From an uncultured Nitrososphaerota archaeon (GTDB taxonomy: Archaea; Thermoproteota; Nitrososphaeria; Nitrososphaerales; Gagatemarchaeaceae): DNA of 64,000 bases. Positions 1-9,417 of this stretch are shown in pieces. The notes under the pieces are model-generated. The model was given only the letters and a program-made list of their open reading frames with translations, did no database searches and was not told the DNA's origin. Numbering within the stretch: position 1 is the first letter of the stretch; the number at the start of each line of letters is the position of its first letter. The DNA lies in assembly GCA_963703285.1 (NCBI GenBank), contig OY969807.1:672001-736000 (forward strand), given 5' to 3'. The position numbers and the translations under genes are program-made.

Positions 1-46
1 ACAATATTTTTCTACACCTTTCTGTGAAAAGGGGAGGTGAGAAGCC

Positions 47-787
47 TTGAGTCGAGTCGCGGACGTCAAGTCGCGTATATCCTCGGTGGAGCTCCTTTCG
101 ACGCTCAAGAAGAACTACAGCTACAAGGAGCTGTCGGCGATCCTTGGTCTCTCTGCGCCCATCCTGAGCCGCTACGTGAGGGGGCACGTGCTGCCCAGCG
201 CCGCGAGGTCGGAGAAGTTCGTCGCGGTCTTCCGCGAGAAGCTCCTCAGGAAGATCGTCGCTGACCAGATCAAGGTGACGCCCGATGGCACCTACGACCT
301 CTCGCGGGCGGTGACGGACGTGGGGCTCCTCGCCCAGATCGCCAAGGTGGTCTACGGGGAGTTCGGCCCCTCCCAGGTTCACAAGGTCCTGACGATGGAG
401 GTGGACGGTGTCCCTCTCGCGGTCGAGGTCGCGGGGGAGTTCAACGTCAACGTCGCAATCGCAAAGTCCGAACGGGACCAGGGGATAGAGGACTTCTACG
501 AGCATAGGGTCGTCTACTCGCCTGACTCTATGAAGTACCTCTACCTGCCGAAGAGCGCGATAAAGAAGGGCGAGCACGTGCTGATCGTCGATGACTTCAT
601 ACAGTCGGGGATCACCATAGACGCGCTCGTCAAGCTCGCCGAGAAGGCGAAGGCGAGGGTGGTGGGGATCTTCACCATCGCCTCGATGGAGCAGTCCCTC
701 CCCAAGCTCAAGGAGCGGCTCAACCTCAACTGCCCGGTGGAATCGCTCGTGACGCTGCCCCACACGCAGAGGCACTACAATTTCTGA
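47..787 (+). CDS. HTH-phosphoribosyltransferase-domain protein (archaeal PurR-like regulator)
   Basis: N-terminal HTH (SYKELSAILGLSAPILSRYVRG) plus PRPP-binding motif VLIVDDFIQSG. Confidence 0.8.
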   Translation: MSRVADVKSRISSVELLSTLKKNYSYKELSAILGLSAPILSRYVRGHVLPSAARSEKFVAVFREKLLRKIVADQIKVTPDGTYDLSRAVTDVGLLAQIAKVVYGEFGPSQVHKVLTMEVDGVPLAVEVAGEFNVNVAIAKSERDQGIEDFYEHRVVYSPDSMKYLYLPKSAIKKGEHVLIVDDFIQSGITIDALVKLAEKAKARVVGIFTIASMEQSLPKLKERLNLNCPVESLVTLPHTQRHYNF

Positions 788-798
788 GGTGGGCATCG

Positions 799-1659
799 TT
801 GGACGCGATATCGATCGACAGGGAGTTCGTCTCAGCGAGGATCCCTCCGAGGAAGGCTGATTCCCACAAGGGCATGAACGGGAAGGCCGCCATCGTCGGC
901 GGGAGCAGGATCTACCACGGGGCTCCCTTCAACGCCGCGATGGCCGCGCTGCGTTCGGGCATCGACCTCGTGTACCTGGCGGTCCCGGCGGTCATAGCGA
1001 CCCCCGTTAGGGCGATGTCCGCCGACCTCATAGTCATCCCGATGCCGGACAGCAAGCTCACGAGGGGAAACGCCAACAGGCTGACCTCCTGGCTGCCGGA
1101 GCTCGACTCCATCGGGATAGGGCCCGGGCTGGGACCCCAGAACCCCGAGGACCTGGCGCACGCGCTTACCCGCCTCTCGACAAAGAGCAAGTCCCTCGTA
1201 GTCGACGCCGACGCGCTAAGACCCCAGATCGTCGGTGTCGTCAAGAGCATCCCGACCATAGTCACGCCGCACTACGGCGAGTTCGAGAGGCTCTTCTCCG
1301 CAAAAGTGGAGGGAGGGTTGGAGGACAGGGTCAGGCTGGTCAAAGAGAAGGCGAGGGAGTCTGGGATGACGGTCCTCCTGAAGGGCCCCGTCGACATCAT
1401 CAGCGATGGAGAGAGGGTCGCCCTGAACGAGGCGCACACCCCCGCCATGACTACGGGGGGAACCGGGGACGTGCTGACAGGCCTGGTCACCGGCCTCTCA
1501 GCCAAGGGCATCCCTCCCTTCGAGGCGGCGTGCTGCGCCGCATACATCAACGGGTCAGCGGGAATCGAGGTCGTCAAGAAGAGGGGCCTCCACATGGCCG
1601 GGGGGGACCTGATAGACGAAATCCCCGCCGTGATGCGGGCCTTCGACCGCGTTGTCTGA
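799..1659 (+). CDS. nnrD: ADP-dependent NAD(P)H-hydrate dehydratase
   Basis: HKGMNGKAAIVGGSRIYHGAP, GPGLG, VVDADAL, TPHYGEF, TTGGTGDVLTG motifs. Confidence 0.9.
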   Translation: MDAISIDREFVSARIPPRKADSHKGMNGKAAIVGGSRIYHGAPFNAAMAALRSGIDLVYLAVPAVIATPVRAMSADLIVIPMPDSKLTRGNANRLTSWLPELDSIGIGPGLGPQNPEDLAHALTRLSTKSKSLVVDADALRPQIVGVVKSIPTIVTPHYGEFERLFSAKVEGGLEDRVRLVKEKARESGMTVLLKGPVDIISDGERVALNEAHTPAMTTGGTGDVLTGLVTGLSAKGIPPFEAACCAAYINGSAGIEVVKKRGLHMAGGDLIDEIPAVMRAFDRVV

Positions 1660-1679
1660 CGCGCCGATTGCCGGGAGTT

Positions 1680-2153
1680 TCAGTCCGAGTCGGAGACTAT
1701 GTTCGTCTTCTCGGTTATGGTCTGGCCGTTCGACATCGTGGCCTGGACGGTGATGGTGTACGTCGTCGAGAGCGCTCCTCCCGAAGTGAACGAGTAGAAC
1801 CCGGAGGAGTACAGACCTATCTCGAGCTGGTTGGAGACGCTCACGACGCGGCCCCCTGATGTGAAGGGCGTGAACTCCGCGAAGCCGGCTAGGCCCGGCG
1901 CGGCGCTGAGAACGGTGATGTTCGTAAAGGGATAGTTGGCCGCGTTGAAGACCGTTATGTTCATGATTCCTGCTCCGAGGTCGTTGCCTATCATGATCTC
2001 TCCTTGGATGTTGAAGAGGCAGGGCACCGGTGGAATGAGGCACGCCGCAGCCCCGGACCTGTTCCTGCCAATGTCTGTCGTCACTATCCCCGCCAGGCCC
2101 GCGGCCGCTAGTACAACAATCGCTGCTATCGCAAGCGTCCTTCTGGCCAGCAT
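1680..2153 (-). CDS. Pilin-like membrane-anchored surface protein, paralog 1
   Basis: Basic N-terminus, hydrophobic helix, Cys pair (CLIPPVPCLF), beta-rich domain ending YTITVQATMSNG; alignable with 3580-4113 and 5340-5822. Confidence 0.6.
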   Translation of the reverse strand: MLARRTLAIAAIVVLAAAGLAGIVTTDIGRNRSGAAACLIPPVPCLFNIQGEIMIGNDLGAGIMNITVFNAANYPFTNITVLSAAPGLAGFAEFTPFTSGGRVVSVSNQLEIGLYSSGFYSFTSGGALSTTYTITVQATMSNGQTITEKTNIVSDSD

Positions 2154-2251
2154 GACGGCGAGGCCTTGCGAGGCTCGCTAATTACGCCTATCCCCAAACG
2201 ACCTTCGCAAGACCGTCGTCAGGTCCCGGGGCGTCATCAGGAGCGCCCCGC

Positions 2252-3451
2252 TCAGGCTTCGGGCCTTCTCCTTACGATGATGAGGCTCGCTGTGGCCAAA
2301 CCCAGGGCGAGCGCGCCGACCACCGTGAGGAGCTCCGTGGGGTACCCCGGAGAGCCCGACGAGCTCTTCGGCGACGTCGAGGAAGGCGTCTGAATCAGTT
2401 CCGAGACGGTCGATGTCACGGTCGTCGCCCCTCCCGAGGACTGACCGGTCGCCTGCGCGGAGGAGACGCTCGCTGGGATGAGGTCCGGGCCGCTGGACGC
2501 GGTCGCTGGGGTTGCGGAGGTTCCCGTCGACACCGTGTTCGGTGTCTCTCCTCCGGCCGGCGTGACCCAGTAGTCGGTCTGCTGCAGCCTGAGCGTGATC
2601 GTCCCGCTCGTCTGCGGAGGCACGATCAGGACGGAGCCCGCGAGTCCGACGTACGAAGGCTCCCAGTTGACGGTCACGTTGACGACCTGGCCTCCGATGC
2701 TCACCTGGACTGTGCTGTGGCTGACGGGCGTGCTTACCGGGACCCAGTCCCAGGCCGTCACCTCGAGGGGCGCGGCGGGCACGATCAGCTTTGCGATCCC
2801 GTCCGTTCCAACCGTTCCTGACATGTTCACCCCGGCTGCCTCGGGCGGCGCGTACCACTGTCCGCCAAGAACTGAGGAGTAGACGTTGGCTCCCACGGCG
2901 GCCGTCCCGTTGACGAAGTTGACGTGGACCGCTATCGTGGTGGTCGGGTACTTGGCGACCGGCAGGGTCGAGATGGTGATGAGCGTCGGGCCGGAGACCT
3001 GCTGGACGGCGTAGCCGTACTCGGTGTCCTGATATCCGGGGTAGCACGGGAGAACGATCACCGCCGGACCCCCGCTCCCGCCAGACTGCTCCGTGGAGAC
3101 CGTCCCTGTGGATTCCGTCCCGGTAGCCAGCGGGCAGGCGTACGGGTACTCGGAAGCGGCGCTCACCGTGAAGATGTAGCTGGCGCTCGGAAGCTCGAAC
3201 GAGGCCGCCGGGTAGGGCGTTTCGTAGGTCACCAGGGCGTAGCCGGTCGAGTTGTAGGCGGTCACGGTGTAGGTCCCCACGAACGTGCTGTTGGTCGTAT
3301 GAATCATGACTTGGACTTCGTCGTAGGTCGTCCCTGTCGTCGCGGCCCTCCCGGGCGCCGCGCCCACGAGCAGGATTGTCACCAGCGACAGGCCGACGGC
3401 CAGCGCCATCATCTTGTTCCGTCTGATGCTGAGAGTTATCGGGTTACGCAC
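2252..3451 (-). CDS. Secreted cell-surface protein with Ser/Thr linker and C-terminal TM plus basic tail
   Basis: Signal peptide, T/S/V-rich beta domains, C-terminus GYPTE-hydrophobic-RRRPEA. Confidence 0.7.
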   Translation of the reverse strand: MRNPITLSIRRNKMMALAVGLSLVTILLVGAAPGRAATTGTTYDEVQVMIHTTNSTFVGTYTVTAYNSTGYALVTYETPYPAASFELPSASYIFTVSAASEYPYACPLATGTESTGTVSTEQSGGSGGPAVIVLPCYPGYQDTEYGYAVQQVSGPTLITISTLPVAKYPTTTIAVHVNFVNGTAAVGANVYSSVLGGQWYAPPEAAGVNMSGTVGTDGIAKLIVPAAPLEVTAWDWVPVSTPVSHSTVQVSIGGQVVNVTVNWEPSYVGLAGSVLIVPPQTSGTITLRLQQTDYWVTPAGGETPNTVSTGTSATPATASSGPDLIPASVSSAQATGQSSGGATTVTSTVSELIQTPSSTSPKSSSGSPGYPTELLTVVGALALGLATASLIIVRRRPEA

Positions 3452-3579
3452 TTTCTTTCACAGCATACCCTGTAGCTCGCTGCTCCCTTAATCCTAAGCA
3501 TAGAAACGGGTGTTCTCGGCATTAGAACGGAGGTACTCGCAGGCCTGGAAGGCCCCTGATAGACCGAGGTTTCCTGCGG

Positions 3580-4113
3580 CTATACGCCGGAGTCCTCAAT
3601 TGCGTCTATCATCGCTTTCTCGGTCACCACTTCTCCGCTCGTCGTCGTGACCCGAACGGTGACGGTGTAGACCCCGGAAGGACTCGCTCCGGAGATAAAC
3701 GAATAGAACGCGATGGCGGTGTCGCCGGCACCCAAGGGGCTGGACTGCTTGACCACGATGCCGTTGTCGGTGAACGGCGCGAAGACAGCCAAGCCGATCA
3801 GGCCGCTGAGAGAAGTCAACGCGGGGGCTACTGAGACTACGGTGATGCCGGCGAACGAAGACCGGGCGTCGTTGGCGACGGTCACGTTCAACATTCCCCC
3901 TCCATAGTTCGTCTCAATCCAGATTTCTCCCCCGATGCCGAAGGGGCACGGCGAGGGAAGACCAGGGCACTTGGTACCGGAAGGGGTTCCCACGGGCATG
4001 GTGAAGAGAACTCCTCCGAGGACTATCCCTGCGAGCAGGAACCCTGGAGCAATCGAAGCACCAAGGACGCCTGCGACGCCCTTCCGTCTATGTGCCAATT
4101 GGCCCCCGAGCAC
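3580..4113 (-). CDS. Pilin-like surface protein, paralog 2
   Basis: RRKG/VAGV class III signal-peptide-like junction, CPGLPSPCPF, YTVTVRVTTTSG. Confidence 0.6.
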   Translation of the reverse strand: MLGGQLAHRRKGVAGVLGASIAPGFLLAGIVLGGVLFTMPVGTPSGTKCPGLPSPCPFGIGGEIWIETNYGGGMLNVTVANDARSSFAGITVVSVAPALTSLSGLIGLAVFAPFTDNGIVVKQSSPLGAGDTAIAFYSFISGASPSGVYTVTVRVTTTSGEVVTEKAMIDAIEDSGV

Positions 4114-4265
4114 TCGACGATGGGAGTCTCAACCTATGAGCCGTGGTCCGCAGCGGGCCAATGCACCACAGTTGCTTGGAGCGCGATACAGATAAGCATT
4201 TTTCAAGCGCGAACCTGAACTCGCCGCCAGTCTGCCCGCTGCTTTTATTCCTGGAAACCGCGAGC

Positions 4266-5225
4266 ATGCCGACGCATCCGATGGCTCTCACCCCGGACTC
4301 GAAGAGGTACCTGAGGCGACTCCTTCAGATTCAGACCCCCGACCTCAGCCAGCTCACGGCGCAGGGGGCTAGGGAGGTGTCCCGGCTCCTCGACGACCTC
4401 TACCGGTGGGATCCGGGCGTAGCGGTCGAGTCTCTGGAGATTCTCGTTCCGGGGGCCAAGGGTAGCCTGCCCGCACGAGTCTTCAGACCGAAGGGTCTGA
4501 GAGCGACGAAGCTCCCGGTCTTGCTGTACTTCCACGGAGGGGGCTGGGTCCTCGGGGGACACGCCGACCCCGAGATCGTCAGCACTTGCTCTTACCTCGC
4601 CTCGGCGGCTCGCTGCGCGGTCGTCTCGGTTGGCTATCGGCTCGCCCCCGAAAGCAAGTTCCCGGCGCCGGTCGAGGACGCGTACTCGGCGTTATCGTAC
4701 GTCAGCAGTGGAAAGGCGTCGACGGCCATCGACCCTGCCAGGGTCGCTGTCGGCGGCGATAGCGCGGGCGGCAACATCGCTGCCGCGCTCTGTCTCATGA
4801 CCCGCGACAGGGCGGGGCCCGCGATAACGTTCCAGCTCCTGGTCTATCCGGCGACCGACCTCTCGTTCGAGACCGCTTCCCATCGAGAGTACGGGGAGGG
4901 CTACGGGCTCTCTAGGGAGGAGATGAAGTGGTACTGGAACCACTACCTCCGGACACCCGAAGACGGAGACGATCCCTACGCATCCCCGCTGCGAGCGAGG
5001 GACCTCGGTGGGCTGCCTCCCGCCTTGGTCCTCACGGCCGAGTACGACCCCTTGAGGGACGAAGGAGAGGCCTACGCCCGCCGTCTGGCCAGCGCAGGAG
5101 TAAGGACGAGGATGGTAAGGTACGACGGCGCGATCCACGGCTTCTTCACGCTCCCCTTCGGACAGGAGGGAAGAAAAAAGGCCGCCGCCGCGCTCAAGGG
5201 TGCGTTTTCGACTCCACGAAGGTAG
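4266..5225 (+). CDS. Alpha/beta hydrolase, HSL-family esterase/lipase
   Basis: HGGGW oxyanion motif, GDSAGG nucleophile, YDPLRDEG, HGF; start placed at ATG 4266 (or 4281). Confidence 0.9.
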   Translation: MPTHPMALTPDSKRYLRRLLQIQTPDLSQLTAQGAREVSRLLDDLYRWDPGVAVESLEILVPGAKGSLPARVFRPKGLRATKLPVLLYFHGGGWVLGGHADPEIVSTCSYLASAARCAVVSVGYRLAPESKFPAPVEDAYSALSYVSSGKASTAIDPARVAVGGDSAGGNIAAALCLMTRDRAGPAITFQLLVYPATDLSFETASHREYGEGYGLSREEMKWYWNHYLRTPEDGDDPYASPLRARDLGGLPPALVLTAEYDPLRDEGEAYARRLASAGVRTRMVRYDGAIHGFFTLPFGQEGRKKAAAALKGAFSTPRR

Positions 5226-5339
5226 CCTCCCCGGGTGTTCGTAGCTAGTGCCCGCGAACGAGCCATCGCGCTCATCTCATGAACGCGACCAGATGGCTTC
5301 GGGATCCCTGTCCGTTCGAAATATTGGCCGATTCCGCGG

Positions 5340-5822
5340 TCACGTCCAGGAATATGAAACTGCGGTCGTCTGCTCGGTGATGAGCTGTCCGTCCACCGTC
5401 GTCGCTGTTACGGTAAGCGTGTAGACTGTTGGAGAGGTTCCGCCGTAGTCGAAAGAGAAGTAGCCGATTGAGGCCTTTCCAACGTCTAGAGCGTTCGACG
5501 AAGTTACCACCCTGTCGTTGATGGTAAAGGGCGTGAACCGTAACAGCCCGTTGACCGGCGGGCTTATCGCGGATAGGGTGATGTTGATGAACGGCAACTG
5601 GGCGTTGTTGGTCACATTCAGGGTGACCATGCCACCGCCATAGCCGCTGCCGATGAACACGTCCGCGCTCAAGGCGAAGAGACAGACGTTCGGGCCTAGA
5701 CAGCCTCCTTTCTGGAAACCTGATCCGACCGGAAGAAGGCTGAGAGTCAGCCCGACAAGCGCGAGAATCACGACAGTCGAAACCCCTGCGATCGCGTGAT
5801 CGCTCCTGCCTCGAAGCTGCAC
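5340..5822 (-). CDS. Pilin-like surface protein, paralog 3
   Basis: Hydrophobic N-terminal helix, CLGPNVCLF, YTLTVTATTVDG. Confidence 0.6.
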   Translation of the reverse strand: MQLRGRSDHAIAGVSTVVILALVGLTLSLLPVGSGFQKGGCLGPNVCLFALSADVFIGSGYGGGMVTLNVTNNAQLPFINITLSAISPPVNGLLRFTPFTINDRVVTSSNALDVGKASIGYFSFDYGGTSPTVYTLTVTATTVDGQLITEQTTAVSYSWT

Positions 5823-5995
5823 CGTGCATGTATGAGAGACCCTGCTATTTATTCATCCTGCGTGATGTTAACGCTTGTCTTGGTCCAGCGCAACGCTGGG
5901 CCTACGAAGTCTCTCAATATGTCGGAGAGCGTTTGGAATCTTGCCGGACTCCATTGAATCTCCGGTGTAGCAAACTGATCTCTGACGGGGGTTTC

Positions 5996-7675
5996 TCACT
6001 GCTGGACTGGTCCAGCTCCACCGCTGCCGGGCTCCTCGTTGTGCACCGGCGCTCCGCAGTTGGGGCAGAACCTCGCGCTCGGCATTATGGCGCTCCCACA
6101 GTAGGCGCAGTAGGCGGAGGCCGAAGGCGGCTGCGGCGGCGGGAATATCGGCTGGCTCATGGCCTCGCCGCTAGGCGCCTTCCTCCTGGTAAACAGCACG
6201 AGGACTACGGCAACTACCGCTATCAGCAGGACCCCTGCAGCGAAGTACGGGAGGTAGGCTGTGAGTCCGTTGGAAGGGCTGGAAGCGCTGGAGGAGGTGC
6301 TTGTGGTCGTCGTGACTACGACCAAGGAGGGTATTTGGCACGTGCCAGGGGGAAGCGCGCAGGTGCCGGAGGCCTGTCCCAGGTAGGCATAGTTGGGGGT
6401 ACCGACGGAGACCGTCGAGAAGCCGTTGCTCGCGTAGGAGACGTGCAGGTTGTACGTCGTCTCGCCCGTGTTGCCCCCAAAGCTGTAGTAGGATGGGTAG
6501 GCGCTCTGGGGACCCGTAACCGAGTTCCCGTAAAACAGGCCCATCGACGCGCTCAGCTGGGTGAAGGTCGTCGCCTCCCCGTTGCCCTCGCCGCCAAAGA
6601 CGAACTCCGTATCATAGAACTCTCCGTTGGGCACCGTGGCGTTACCCGCGACGTAGAAGTACGCGCTCTGGACTGTCGGGTCGTTGATTGTAGCGTTATC
6701 GAACCAGTCGATGGGCTTCGCTGGCGTGGTCCCGTTGGTTATCTCTTGGATGCCCATCTGGACTCTGACCCCTACTCCCTGGACGATGGACTCCCCCATC
6801 ACGAGGGCCAGCTCAAGGGGCAGACGATAGGTCGTGTTCGAGGACTGGTAGGAGTAGTAGTACCCGGTGCTCCCGAAGTTGGAGAAGGAGTAGACGTATC
6901 CTCCGTCGGTCGATGAGACGGTGCCGTTGCTGAGGACGCCCGAGACGCTGGCGTTCCAGATGTTGTCCGCCCAAGAGACCTGGTTGGTCGCGGTCACGAA
7001 GTCCGGCGTGTTCTGGGTCCAGTAGTCCTGCTGCTGGCCTCCCTTCTCGTTGATCACCAGGATGGCGTTCAGCTGGAGCGTCGCTCCCGAGAGGGTGTCG
7101 TTGAACTCGGCGGCCGACGCGTTGTAGGCCTGGAGCGAGGCTATGTCCGCGACGCCGAGGACGTCGCTGCTCTCGACCGTGTACGATGTCACCACCCCGG
7201 AGTCGTTGTACAGACCGAAGGAAGCGACCCCGGAGGGCTCGGGCGCGGTGAGGGGGTAGTAGACGTACGGGCTGGTGGGAACGGTCGAGAGAGCGAAGCT
7301 GACGTTCGCGCTGTAGCCGTAGGCGAAGAAGACGAGCCAGTAGATCCCCTCAGAGACGCTCATGGAGTGCGTGGCGCTGCTACTGTTCACATCGTAGAGC
7401 GAGTCGGCAAGGTCCGTCGTTCCATAGCCGAAGGAGGTCGCCTGCGAGTTGGTCATGAGAGCGGTCGAGAGGGTGGCGTTGCTGCTCACGGCGAAGTAGA
7501 CCGTCGTCGGCGTCGCTGGCGCATTAAGCTGGATCGGCTCGTAATACCCGGACAGGAGGACGCCCAGCTGGTAGGGAAGCGGCGACGATGATGCCGCGTG
7601 GGGTGCGGAGACGACCGGCGAAAGGCCGATTACGAGCGCAATCAGCAGCGCGCTCGGTGCCGTACCTCTTCTCAT
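5996..7675 (-). CDS. Thermopsin-family (A5) protease with C-terminal TM, Pro-rich linker and double zinc ribbon
   Basis: PEPSGVASFGL, ATLQLNAIL, YWTQN, YDTEFVFGGEGNG, TGET motifs; CAYC...FCPNCG; start at MRRGTAP (ATG 7675). Confidence 0.8.
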   Translation of the reverse strand: MRRGTAPSALLIALVIGLSPVVSAPHAASSSPLPYQLGVLLSGYYEPIQLNAPATPTTVYFAVSSNATLSTALMTNSQATSFGYGTTDLADSLYDVNSSSATHSMSVSEGIYWLVFFAYGYSANVSFALSTVPTSPYVYYPLTAPEPSGVASFGLYNDSGVVTSYTVESSDVLGVADIASLQAYNASAAEFNDTLSGATLQLNAILVINEKGGQQQDYWTQNTPDFVTATNQVSWADNIWNASVSGVLSNGTVSSTDGGYVYSFSNFGSTGYYYSYQSSNTTYRLPLELALVMGESIVQGVGVRVQMGIQEITNGTTPAKPIDWFDNATINDPTVQSAYFYVAGNATVPNGEFYDTEFVFGGEGNGEATTFTQLSASMGLFYGNSVTGPQSAYPSYYSFGGNTGETTYNLHVSYASNGFSTVSVGTPNYAYLGQASGTCALPPGTCQIPSLVVVTTTTSTSSSASSPSNGLTAYLPYFAAGVLLIAVVAVVLVLFTRRKAPSGEAMSQPIFPPPQPPSASAYCAYCGSAIMPSARFCPNCGAPVHNEEPGSGGAGPVQQ

Positions 7676-7870
7676 CGTCCGGGCCCTGACCTCGAATCTA
7701 TATACGCAGTTCAGTCGCCCAGCCCAGGTCTTCAACGCCACATTGTAACGACCGGGCGAAATGCTCACGGGGAATCCCCGAGATTGGCCCGTCTCGCTCC
7801 ACGGCTCTCATATCACGGGACCACTCGACCAACACCAACGCTTACTAACCCGGGGAGAAGGCTCGCACCC

Positions 7871-8555
7871 GTGGCCGCATCGCGCAGGCCGGGCCTCCAG
7901 TCGAGGTGGCAGCACGTCTACGACTCCCTAGAATCGATCATCCCGATATACGAAGAGGGCTCGTCCCGCATAGCCATGTTCTCTGACAGTGAGATGAGGG
8001 AGGAGGTGGTGGACTTCGCAGTTCGCCGGGGAGAACTCGTCCTCGACCTCGGCTCAGGCCCAGGCACACTGGCGAGGGTGGTCACCTGGTCGGGTGGCAC
8101 TCCCGTGCTCTTGGACGCGTCGAGGAAGATGCTCATGGTAGCGGGTCGGGACATGGCGGTCCAGGCGGTCTTCGAGGCACTCCCCTTCCGTGACGCGGCG
8201 TTCGGCTCTGTCGTCGCCGGGTTCTCGAATCAGGGACTCGCGCGACCTCCTGACCGCCGTCGCGGAGATAAGGAGGATCACCTCGGCGGGCGGGAGGTTC
8301 GGATTCTGCGACCTCGGAAAGCCAGACTCTTTCGCGAGCGCAGTACTCCTAGGTTTCTATCTCAGGGTTGGGGTCCCGATAATCGGTGCTGTGACGGGAG
8401 GAAGGAGGGGGTTCAGGTTCGGGTCCCTCTATGACACGTACCTGCTAACGCTGAAGAACGGCGAACTGACCGGGGTCTTGCGGAAGCACTTCTCGGAGGT
8501 TGAACTCAAATCGAGCCAGCTCGGCGGGGCAATCAAGGTCTTCTGCACCGCCTAG
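7871..8555 (+). pseudogene. UbiE/MenG-like class I SAM methyltransferase with +1 frameshift near 8228 (possibly a sequencing error)
   Basis: VLDLGSGPG and EALPFRDAAF in one frame; IRDSRDL...EIRRITSAGG...DLGKP continues in the +1 frame. Confidence 0.7.
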
Positions 8556-8609
8556 GTGGGGCACGCCCAGAGTCCCGACGGTCCGGGGTGCGAAACCATG
8601 TTATCTTTA

Positions 8610-8633
8610 TTAACATGTTAAGCAAGTTAACTT
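8610..8633. promoter_or_regulatory. Two perfect palindromes (TTAACATGTTAA, AAGTTAACTT), candidate autoregulatory operators
   Basis: 8610-8621 and 8624-8633, directly upstream of ATG 8637 in an AT-rich promoter. Confidence 0.55.
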
Positions 8634-8636
8634 AGC

Positions 8637-9059
8637 ATGAAGAAGGAGGTGCTCATCAGGGGGGTCGACTCAGACTTGTACAGGAGAGCGAAGGCGCGGG
8701 CGGCCCTCTCGGGCGAGACGATGGGGAGCGCCTTAAACGAGGCCCTGAAGTCTTGGGTGGATGGGAGCGGATTGGAGGGCGAGACGAACTACCGGGCCGA
8801 AAAGGCCAGAGCGGAGTTCGTCAAGAATCTGAGGTTCGTGAAATCCAACTGGAGACAGCTGGCTAAGCAGAGGGGGAAGGCCATCGTTGTGTCCGCAGGC
8901 AAGCTGCAGGGAATCTTCGGAACGTACCAGGAGGCCCGCACGTTTTCATCGAGGTTCAACGTCGCGCTGGCTTTTGTGGTTGACGAGGGGAAGGCCCCCG
9001 CTGATGGGGAGATTGAGATTGGACCGGAGCTGGAGATACAGCCAAAGCAGGACGCCTAG
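8637..9059 (+). CDS. Putative ribbon-helix-helix plus DUF5678-like antitoxin-type protein
   Basis: N-terminal beta-helix-helix pattern (EVLIRGVDSDLYRRAKARAALSG...LNEALKSWV); C-terminal L.KQRGKAIVVSAGKLQGIFGTYQEA. Confidence 0.5.
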   Translation: MKKEVLIRGVDSDLYRRAKARAALSGETMGSALNEALKSWVDGSGLEGETNYRAEKARAEFVKNLRFVKSNWRQLAKQRGKAIVVSAGKLQGIFGTYQEARTFSSRFNVALAFVVDEGKAPADGEIEIGPELEIQPKQDA

Positions 9060-9396
9060 CGCTCCGTCGCTGACTGTCGAGGTTGCAGGTGCGCGCCTGG
9101 AGTGTGACGTCGATACGGGTTTTTCAGGCGGACTTCTAATCCCGTTCGCGACCTTCGAGTCCCTAGGCTTCCTCTCCCACCTCACCCCCGAGTCATACAG
9201 AGCCGTCATGCCCGATTCTCGGAGGATTGCCGTCTTCAGCGCCGTGGACGACGTGGCCATAGGGCCGTTCGTGCTTACGACTGACATCCACTCTTCCGCC
9301 TCCATAGAAAGGAGACTCGTCGGTCGAAGTCTACTGAGGAGCTTCCTCGCGGTGTTGGACGGACCGAAGGAGGTCCTCAGCCTTTCTCAGAGATAG
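9019..9396 (+). CDS. Clan AA (retropepsin-like) aspartyl protease
   Basis: VDTGFSGGLLIP catalytic motif and LVGRSLL; TTG 9019 overlaps the upstream gene. Confidence 0.75.
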   Translation: MDRSWRYSQSRTPSAPSLTVEVAGARLECDVDTGFSGGLLIPFATFESLGFLSHLTPESYRAVMPDSRRIAVFSAVDDVAIGPFVLTTDIHSSASIERRLVGRSLLRSFLAVLDGPKEVLSLSQR

Positions 9397-9417
9397 TCGC
9401 GCTGAGCCCGCCTTGCT

